DNA from: Candidatus Latescibacterota bacterium | GTDB taxonomy: Bacteria; Latescibacterota; UBA2968; UBA8231 | Reading direction: 5' to 3' | DNA length: 64,000 nt | NCBI GenBank assembly: GCA_963422735.1 | Contig: OY730476.1 | Span: 3,360,001 to 3,424,000, forward strand | Part shown: in pieces, positions 57,599 to 64,000 of the stretch | Layout of the letters: the number at the start of each line of letters is the position of its first letter | Position numbering within the stretch: position 1 is the first letter of the stretch | The notes under the pieces: generated by a model | Seen by the model: the letters and a program-made list of their open reading frames with translations, nothing else | What the model was told of the DNA's origin: nothing | The model's database searches: none | Program-made: the position numbers and the translations under genes

Positions 57599-58087
57599 TC
57601 AGTCCTTTTCAACACGGGCCGCATCACAGCCAATGGTCGGGGTGTCCTCAGTGCTCAGGGGGTCTTCGGCCGCACCGTTAGACGAGGCCGAATCACCGCT
57701 TCTGGCTTCCAACAACTGCTGCATCATCTGCTTTAGCTCCTCAACCTCGTCCTTTTTTTTCTCCTCCTGACGCACTGAGGCGGCGTGGAATTCCTTGAAC
57801 TGCTTCAATAAGTCCATCGCCCAAGCCGGGGGTTCTTCGCTGTCACCAGCCGGTTTGGGCTCCGCTCGAATTGCTTGTTCGGTGCTGCGTTGTGGCCCGA
57901 CGTAGAATTCCAAGCCGAGAGCAGATGCGACTTCAGCGGCACGCTCTATAGACGGAATGTGCCCCTCTAAAATTCCTTGGACACTGCGAGTTGGTAGACC
58001 AGCACGGGCTGCGGCAGCCCGTGCTGAGAGATTTTCTTGGACTAGCCGATCTCGAATTGCCTTAACGAAATCATCATAGATCTCCAT
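57599..58087 (-). CDS. CI-like HTH repressor lacking a C-terminal S24 peptidase domain
   Basis: SARAAAARAGLP.RSVQGILEGHIPSIERAAEVASALGLEFYVGP; divergent from cro-like gene. Confidence 0.75.
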   Translation of the reverse strand: MEIYDDFVKAIRDRLVQENLSARAAAARAGLPTRSVQGILEGHIPSIERAAEVASALGLEFYVGPQRSTEQAIRAEPKPAGDSEEPPAWAMDLLKQFKEFHAASVRQEEKKKDEVEELKQMMQQLLEARSGDSASSNGAAEDPLSTEDTPTIGCDAARVEKD

Positions 58088-58192
58088 GGAGGCAAAATAT
58101 AGCACACATAGAAAGGCCTGTCATGTGAAAATAATCTCACAAACTACTTGATTTTGTGATTAATATAGCATAAATTAGCTATATGTCTCACG
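58088..58192. promoter_or_regulatory. Lysis/lysogeny switch: divergent promoters and four 18-bp operator-like sites
   Basis: GAGGCAAAATATAGCACA, TGTGAAAATAATCTCACA, TGTGATTAATATAGCATA, TTAGCTATATGTCTCACG; TTGATT-17-TAAATT. Confidence 0.65.
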
Positions 58193-58434
58193 AATATATC
58201 ATCAAACTACTCGAAGTCATGGCGACAGAGATGCGCCGTAGCCCACATACGATAGGGCGGCTTGCTTCGGGTAGCGGCGATTTCTATGTGAGGCTGGTAC
58301 GCGGGCACGATCTGACGATACGTCGTGCCGCACGCGTTTTCCAGTGGCTTTCCGACCACTGGCCGGACGGCCTCGACTGGCCTGAGGACATTCCTCGTCC
58401 TTTGCCGCGGCCGGAGTCGAAGAAGGAGGCGTGA
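58183..58434 (+). CDS. Cro-like protein
   Basis: TIGRLASGSGDFYVRL..G.DLT...QWLSDHWP...WPEDIPRP; divergent from cI. Confidence 0.75.
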   Translation: MSHEYIIKLLEVMATEMRRSPHTIGRLASGSGDFYVRLVRGHDLTIRRAARVFQWLSDHWPDGLDWPEDIPRPLPRPESKKEA

Positions 58435-59126
58435 TGAGCCGCCGTGCGCTCGATCTCTTCTGCGGCGGCGGTGGCGCGGCCCTCGGCCTTCTTCAGGCTG
58501 GCTTCGAGGAGGTGGTGGGCATTGACCACCATCGACGAAACGCCGCCGTCTATCCGGGCCGCTTCGTGTGTGCCGACGCGCTCGCGCCGCCCGTCTCGCT
58601 GGCCGACTTCGACTTGATTTGGGCGTCGCCGCCTTGCCAGCGGTTCAGCGCGGGTACGGTACAACGAGGCGGCCCTGCGGCGGCACGCCATCCCGATCTA
58701 ATCCCCCAGACCCGCGCCCTGTTGGCTGGCCATCCGTTCACGATCATCGAGAATGTGCCCCGTGCGCCGATTCGCGCCGACGTGGTGTTGACCGGGCCGA
58801 TGGTGGGACTGGAGCGCATCCAGCGGCAGCGGCACTTCGAGTTGTCGTTCTGGCCCGGGCTCATGCCGCCGCGCGTGAACGTCCCTCGCTGGCTGTGGCA
58901 AGCAGGCCGCGCGGTAACGGTGACGACCTCGCTGTCGGCATCGAGCCATTACTATCCGCGTCGCCGCGCTGGGCTTCCGGGTCATGTGCCTATCAAGGAG
59001 GCGCGGGCGGTGATGGGCATTACGACGCCGATGACGGCCCGGCAGGTCGGCGAGGCGGTGCCCCCGGCCTATGCCGCGCTGTTGGGTCAGCGGGCCCGGG
59101 CGGTGATGGAGGCGGAGGCCTCATGA
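58431..59126 (+). CDS. Phage DNA cytosine-5 methyltransferase
   Basis: DLFCGGGG, WASPPCQ, IENV, EAVPPAY. Confidence 0.88.
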   Translation: MMSRRALDLFCGGGGAALGLLQAGFEEVVGIDHHRRNAAVYPGRFVCADALAPPVSLADFDLIWASPPCQRFSAGTVQRGGPAAARHPDLIPQTRALLAGHPFTIIENVPRAPIRADVVLTGPMVGLERIQRQRHFELSFWPGLMPPRVNVPRWLWQAGRAVTVTTSLSASSHYYPRRRAGLPGHVPIKEARAVMGITTPMTARQVGEAVPPAYAALLGQRARAVMEAEAS

Positions 59127-59386
59127 ATGATCAGATGAACCTGTTCGGGCCTGCCGACCAACACAAACAGGTGCGGGTGGAGGTGGAGGTTAAGCCACCA
59201 CACTGGGCTATCGCCTTCCGCTCCATCGCCGGGCCTACGAATAGTCGCACCAGCATCGCAGCGATCGTGCCGACGGATTGGGCGAGATCGGATAGTATGC
59301 CCTCGCTGACGGTAGGCAACCTCGACCCCGAAGACATCGTCGCGGCCATCCGTCGCGGCGACATCCTGCTAACCTACACGGAGTAG
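59123..59386 (+). CDS. Phage hypothetical protein (87 aa)
   Basis: GGAGG RBS; ATGA overlap. Confidence 0.55.
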   Translation: MNDQMNLFGPADQHKQVRVEVEVKPPHWAIAFRSIAGPTNSRTSIAAIVPTDWARSDSMPSLTVGNLDPEDIVAAIRRGDILLTYTE

Positions 59387-59392
59387 AAGCTG

Positions 59393-59842
59393 ATGGAAGA
59401 CCTAGCTTCCCAATACGAACCCATGGCCAATAACCGCAACAAGGAACGTATCCGCTCCTTGCCGCGGTACAAGCCCTGTCTGTGGTGCAACGACTCGATG
59501 TATTTGCACCGGGATCGCTATCTGTGCCGGGATAGCATGGGTTGCGCCTACGTCGAGGTCGCGCCGGCCTACGCTCCAGCCTTGACGCTGCGGTGGGACG
59601 TCGCCTCGCGCACCGCGAGCGGGGTCTGCTACCGCGTCGAGGCCCGCCCCGCCGACGACCCCGCCGACTGGGCCTGCTCGTGCCCGGCTCGGCGGACGTG
59701 CTGGCATATCCGCTACGGCCGCGAGCTGGTCGCCTGTGGCGTACGGCCCCTGGCCGACCAGCCCCTGCGGCTGGCGGTACCCGGCTTCATTCACTGGCTG
59801 CGGGCTCGGCCCCGCGCAAAGAGCGAAGGGAGAGCCGCATGA
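59393..59842 (+). CDS. Zn-binding protein (CxxC ribbon + SWIM-like CxC...CxH)
   Basis: CLWC...C....C; WACSCP...CWHI. Confidence 0.65.
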   Translation: MEDLASQYEPMANNRNKERIRSLPRYKPCLWCNDSMYLHRDRYLCRDSMGCAYVEVAPAYAPALTLRWDVASRTASGVCYRVEARPADDPADWACSCPARRTCWHIRYGRELVACGVRPLADQPLRLAVPGFIHWLRARPRAKSEGRAA

Positions 59843-60777
59843 GCACCCCAACGAATAAACTTCAGCCGGTGTCGGCCCTTGCTCCCCTGGGGGCCGACCT
59901 TTCGCTCAAGGAGCTCGGCCAAACCTTTGCCGCGTCGGGGTTTTTTTCCGACACCCAAGGTTCCGCTCAAGCCGTCGTCAAGGTGTTGGCGGGTCAGGAG
60001 TTGGGCATCCCGCCGGTGGCGGCGATGACGGGCATCCACCTCATAGGGGGCCGTATTACCCTCGGCGCGAGCCTGATGGCCGCGCTGGTCAAACGGAGTG
60101 GCCGCTACACGTTCCGGGTGCGTACCCTGAGCGACGAGGAAGTGGCCATTGAATTTTTCACCGGCGACGAGTCGCTCGGGATAAGCCGCTTCACGCTCCG
60201 GGACGCGAAGCGGGCAGGCATGAAGAACCTCGACACGTTCCCGCGCAATATGCTGTACGCAAGGGCCATGTCGAATGGAGTCCGATGGTTCTGCCCCGAT
60301 CTATTCGGCGGCGCGGTGTACACCCCCGAGGAACTTTCCGAGGTCTCACCCCGCCCCGAGCCGGTGCCTCAGCGGCTGGAGGAGCCGGCCGAGCCGGTGG
60401 AGTCTGCCGAGCCGGTGGAGTCTGCTCCGGCGGAGAAGCCGGCCGAGCCGGTGAAGTCCGCCCCCGCGGAGAAGCCGACTCAGACCCATAGCTGGGTCAG
60501 TCCCTATGAGCGTTTTCGTAAACGTTGTTTTGAGTTGGAATGGGAGTTGAAAAAGGCGCTAGGACCAAAGGCTTATCAGAGCGTCCTCAAAGCGTTCGAC
60601 TTGGGCGACAGCTCCGAGGTCGCTCAGGATGATACCGAGACGATGTCGCGGGTCGTCCTCGCGTTGGAGGCTCGGCTGGCCGGCTCCGAGGCTACGGAGC
60701 AGGACGCATTGGCGGCCCTCCCTAGCGATGGGGGCGGCCCGTACCATGCCGTCGCGGAGGGTCTCTACTCTAGATGA
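59839..60777 (+). CDS. RecT/Red-beta-like single-strand annealing protein
   Basis: LAGQELGIPPVAAMTGIHLI, PRNMLYARA, FCPDLFGG.VYTPEEL; Pro/Glu repeat linker. Confidence 0.7.
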   Translation: MSTPTNKLQPVSALAPLGADLSLKELGQTFAASGFFSDTQGSAQAVVKVLAGQELGIPPVAAMTGIHLIGGRITLGASLMAALVKRSGRYTFRVRTLSDEEVAIEFFTGDESLGISRFTLRDAKRAGMKNLDTFPRNMLYARAMSNGVRWFCPDLFGGAVYTPEELSEVSPRPEPVPQRLEEPAEPVESAEPVESAPAEKPAEPVKSAPAEKPTQTHSWVSPYERFRKRCFELEWELKKALGPKAYQSVLKAFDLGDSSEVAQDDTETMSRVVLALEARLAGSEATEQDALAALPSDGGGPYHAVAEGLYSR

Positions 60778-60825
60778 ACGGAGCGTCGGCTCGGAGGGGG
60801 GGCTATCAGCGCGGCGGGACGGGTC

Positions 60826-60859
60826 GCCGAGCAAGCGGTACTAGTACCGCTTGCTCGGC
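60826..60859. repeat. 34-bp perfect palindrome (copy 1)
   Basis: GCCGAGCAAGCGGTACT|AGTACCGCTTGCTCGGC. Confidence 0.95.
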
Positions 60860-60919
60860 CCGTCGCGCGCTTTCGTCCGTCGTGCTCGGGTCCGACGCCC
60901 AACCCCAAGAGGATCCTCC

Positions 60920-61717
60920 ATGCTGACGCGCCATCCCCTATCCGCCCTTTGGGGCGACCTGCCCGACGACGAATTTGCCGCCCTCGTTGAGGACATCCGC
61001 CAGCGCGGCCTGATCGAGCCGATCCTGACCTATCAGGATCAAATCCTCGACGGCTGGCACCGCTACCGCGCCTGCCAAGCAGCGGGTCAGCCCCTGAGAG
61101 CCCCCATGATCCTGGAGTACAACCAAGCACGCCGGGGCGACCCGGCCAGCTATGTTATCGCCCGCAACGCCGTGCGCCGCCATCTGACCGCCTCGCAGCG
61201 AGCGGCGGCGGTCGTGGCGGCTTTTCAGTGGCAATCACACGGCGGCGATAGACGTTGCGAAGCTGGAGCAAGCGGTACTAGTACCGCTTGCTCGGCGGCC
61301 GAGCTGGCCGCTAAAGCGGGGGTGGGTGAATCCACCATCCGCCACGCCAAGACCGCCGAGCGGGCGGGGTTAGGCGACCGGGTGCGTTCCGGCGAGCTGT
61401 CGGCTAAGGCGGCGGCACAAGCCGGGGGCCGGGCGAAAAAGCCCCCGCCGCCGACGAAGGTCGAACGGCTCGAAGCGGCCTTGGGGGAAGCGCAACGGGA
61501 TGCGGCTGCTCAAGCCGAGCGCATGGAAGCGCTGGAGGAGCAACTTCAGTTCTGGGCAGACCAAGACCGCCCGCACGACGCGGCGCGGTGGGCCACGCTC
61601 AACAGCCAACGCGAGCAAATCCGCGCCCTCAAAGCGGATTGCTTCCATTGGAAAAGCTATGCGCAACGCCTACGACAGCAGCTTAAGGCGCTCGGCGCGG
61701 ATACCGATCGCGGATGA
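60920..61717 (+). CDS. ParB/Srx-like N-terminal domain protein with HTH
   Basis: LVEDIRQRGLIEPI...ILDGWHRYRAC...N..RRHLTASQRA. Confidence 0.8.
   Translation: MLTRHPLSALWGDLPDDEFAALVEDIRQRGLIEPILTYQDQILDGWHRYRACQAAGQPLRAPMILEYNQARRGDPASYVIARNAVRRHLTASQRAAAVVAAFQWQSHGGDRRCEAGASGTSTACSAAELAAKAGVGESTIRHAKTAERAGLGDRVRSGELSAKAAAQAGGRAKKPPPPTKVERLEAALGEAQRDAAAQAERMEALEEQLQFWADQDRPHDAARWATLNSQREQIRALKADCFHWKSYAQRLRQQLKALGADTDRG
61266..61293. repeat. 28-bp perfect palindrome (copy 2, inside the ParB-like gene)
   Basis: GAGCAAGCGGTACT|AGTACCGCTTGCTC. Confidence 0.95.
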
Positions 61718-63219
61718 CTCCTTTGCGTTCCTACCAAGAGGAGGCCATCGCGGCGCTGCGTGGCCTGATGCAGGCCGGCCACCGGCGCCTCATCCTTTGC
61801 TCGCCGACCGGCTCCGGCAAGACGGAGATGGCGATGTGGTTTGTCGAAGCCGCCGCCCGCCGCGGTAAGCGCGTCGCCTTCCTGTGTGATCGCCTCGCCT
61901 TAGTCTCGCAGACCGCCCAACGCTTCCGCGACAACGGCATTGAGCACGGCGTGGTGCAGGGCCACAACACCCGCTACCAGGGCCTGCCGGTGCAAGTGTG
62001 CTCGGTGCAGACGGTGGAGCGGCGCGGTTTTCCGACCGAATGGGACTTCATAGTGGTGGACGAAGCCCATACGCTTAGGCAGGCCACCCTCCAATTCCTC
62101 CGCACGTGGGGCGGCCCCACCCTCGGCCTGACGGCGACGCCTTTTGCCGAGGGACTCGCCGACACCTATTCCGGGGTGGTCAACGCCCGGACCACCGCGC
62201 AGCTTTTGGCCGACGGCTGGCTGGCCCCGCTGAAGGTCTATGTCGCGGTGCCTATTGACATGACCGGAGCCGAGACCAAGCCCGGCGGCGAGTGGCGCGA
62301 CAAGGACGTGGAAAAGCGCGGTCGAACCCTCGTGGGCGACATCGTCTCCGAGTGGCAAGACAAGACCCGAAAGCACTTCGGCGGCCCGGTCAAGACGCTG
62401 GTTTTCTCGGCCACGGTTGCTCATGGTCAACAGCTGTGCGACGCCTTCGGGCAGGCCGGCCACGATTTCCAACTCATCAGCTACCGCGACCGCGACCCGG
62501 CCGGCCGACAAGCCCGGATCGAAGCCTTTCGGCAGGGACGGATTACCGGTCTGGTCTCGTGCGAAGCGCTCGCCAAAGGGTTCGACGTGCCCGATGTGCT
62601 CTGTGGTATCTCAGCCCGCCCCTACCGCAAGTCCTTTTCGGCCCATGTCCAGCAGATGGGCCGGCTGATGCGCGCCGCGCCCGGCAAAGACTTCGGCCTG
62701 TGGCTCGACCACACGGGCAACTACCTCGGCTTCCTCAACGACATGGAGGATTTCTTCCAACACGGCGTCTGTTCGCTGAAGCAGGCCAAGCCCGACAAAG
62801 ACCGGCAACGGCAAGCCCGCACCCCTTCCTCGCCGGTCTGCCCCGCCTGTGGCTTGGTCCTGCGCGGCAAAGACGGGGTCTGCCCCGCCTGTGGAGCCGT
62901 GCGCCCGCAGCGCGGTTGTGATGTAGCGGTGGCCGCCGGCCGCATGGAATCCGTTGAGGGCGTCCAGTCCAAGGCGGCTTGGAAACAAGACCGACATTGG
63001 GTCTGGCAACAGCTGTGTCGCATCGCCACCGCTCGACGACCCGACCAACCCGAGCGCGCCCGCAAGTTCGCCCTCGCCCAGTTCCGAGCGCTGTACAACG
63101 CGTGGCCCACTACCCACTTCCACTCAGACACCCGACCCGCCGATGTCCGGGTCGAGCGCGCCGTGCGCTACCGACTGCGCAAATGGTACGATCAACAGCG
63201 GCTGCGGAGCAACGCATGA
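61714..63219 (+). CDS. SF2 DEAH helicase with C-terminal zinc finger
   Basis: PTGSGKT, DEAH, GLTATP, KGFDVP, QQMGRLMR, CPAC x2. Confidence 0.9.
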   Translation: MTPLRSYQEEAIAALRGLMQAGHRRLILCSPTGSGKTEMAMWFVEAAARRGKRVAFLCDRLALVSQTAQRFRDNGIEHGVVQGHNTRYQGLPVQVCSVQTVERRGFPTEWDFIVVDEAHTLRQATLQFLRTWGGPTLGLTATPFAEGLADTYSGVVNARTTAQLLADGWLAPLKVYVAVPIDMTGAETKPGGEWRDKDVEKRGRTLVGDIVSEWQDKTRKHFGGPVKTLVFSATVAHGQQLCDAFGQAGHDFQLISYRDRDPAGRQARIEAFRQGRITGLVSCEALAKGFDVPDVLCGISARPYRKSFSAHVQQMGRLMRAAPGKDFGLWLDHTGNYLGFLNDMEDFFQHGVCSLKQAKPDKDRQRQARTPSSPVCPACGLVLRGKDGVCPACGAVRPQRGCDVAVAAGRMESVEGVQSKAAWKQDRHWVWQQLCRIATARRPDQPERARKFALAQFRALYNAWPTTHFHSDTRPADVRVERAVRYRLRKWYDQQRLRSNA

Positions 63220-63607
63220 GGATTCTGTAGAAATCGACCCGGCCGACGGTTAATCAGGACGGTGGGGCCGGGGCGTTCGCACGACCAGAGAGCACCAGAA
63301 GCCAAGCACCGCGCAGAGACCACGTGCTCTGCGCCGATCCGTGCTTTTGGGCTCCATCAGGAGCCACCACGGGGCGCGGCATAGCTCCACCCTAGCCGAA
63401 GGCAGCAAGGGGGCCGCAGGGCCTGGTACCAAGGTCCTAAGTAGGCTGCACATCCCGTCCGGTACCTGGGCGGGTGCAACCGACCGACGAACTCATCCGA
63501 AAGGGGAGAAGGAAACGGTATCGGGCGCACGGACGACCTAGCCGCTCGCCATGAGTGGGGGCTAAGTCGCCGTGTGCCTCCCTCAGAATCTAAACCGAAG
63601 GGGAGGA

Positions 63608-63697
63608 GGGCCCTAGTAGGGGGACCCAGAGAGCCTAGGGGCAGACCCTAGGGGGCCCTAGTAATGGGACCCAGAGATCCTAAGGGCAGACCCTAGG
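63608..63697 (+). repeat. 45-bp tandem repeat x2 in non-coding DNA
   Basis: GGGCCCTAGTA..GGGACCCAGAGA.CCTA.GGGCAGACCCTAGG twice, about 4 mismatches. Confidence 0.85.
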
Positions 63698-63716
63698 ACC
63701 AGAAAGGAGACATCCA

Positions 63717-63809
63717 TTGAAAAAAATAGGGGAGATCGTGCCGATCGTGTGGCTGCTGTTCAGCCTAGTCGTTATCGCCTCTCATCTGGCGCGGTTCCTC
63801 GCCCGATGA
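63717..63809 (+). CDS. 30-aa single-TM peptide
   Basis: AGAAAGGAG + TTG; MKKIGEIVPIVWLLFSLVVIASHLARFLAR; ATGA overlap with next gene. Confidence 0.45.
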   Translation: MKKIGEIVPIVWLLFSLVVIASHLARFLAR

Positions 63810-64000
63810 AACCCATGAAAGCCTTCTCATGGTACGGTGGGAAGTTTTCTCATCTCGACGGGCTGCTACCCCGGCTACCAGCGTGTCATCATTATGGCGA
63901 GCCGTTTGCCGGCTCGGCGGCCGTACTGCTCAACCCAGACCCCGCGCCCTACGACCCGCAAGCCTATCACGATCAGCCCCAGCTTGCTTTGTCTTTAACC
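63806..64000 (+). CDS. Dam-like (D12 class) DNA adenine methylase N-terminus, partial or truncated
   Basis: FSWYGGKFSHL...YGEPFAGSAAVLLN; runs to the window end. Confidence 0.75.
   Translation, partial: MKPMKAFSWYGGKFSHLDGLLPRLPACHHYGEPFAGSAAVLLNPDPAPYDPQAYHDQPQLALSLT

Larger units (their letters stand above)
34735..64000. mobile_element. HK97-like siphoviral prophage, probably partly decayed; continues beyond window
   Basis: att fragment, HNH-terS-terL-portal-protease-capsid-tail genes, cI/cro switch and early genes; no integrase within the window. Confidence 0.93.

Overview
The left ~33 kb is GC-rich core chromosome. It holds a membrane-transport operon (OPT-like permease, M28-peptidase/FtsX fusion, DUF6785-like protein), relA, hisC, mpl, dnaG, rho, rpmE2, prfA, prmC, radA, recA, hpt, an M42 peptidase and two tRNAs. 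The style of the secreted proteins (dockerin/EF-hand-like, FlgD-like, plant-type LRR) suggests a Latescibacterota-like, possibly sponge-associated bacterium; this is inference only. From a tRNA-Val(GAC) 3' fragment (att site, 34684-34734) to beyond the window end lies an HK97-like siphoviral prophage with packaging, head, lysis, tail, cargo, cI/cro and early genes, several of them truncated. Main findings: (1) two solitary CRISPR-repeat-like units ending GGGGAGCGGATTGAAAC with no array or cas genes, one forming the RBS of the prophage LRR cargo gene and one in frame in the recA 3' end; (2) a prophage-borne secreted 17-LRR protein built from mosaic 72-bp cassettes; (3) a hidden His-rich/collagen fibre frame in the -1 frame of the tail-tip gene; (4) a 28-34 bp perfect palindrome found both upstream of and inside a ParB-like gene. 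All product calls are from motif recognition by eye; no database searches were run.
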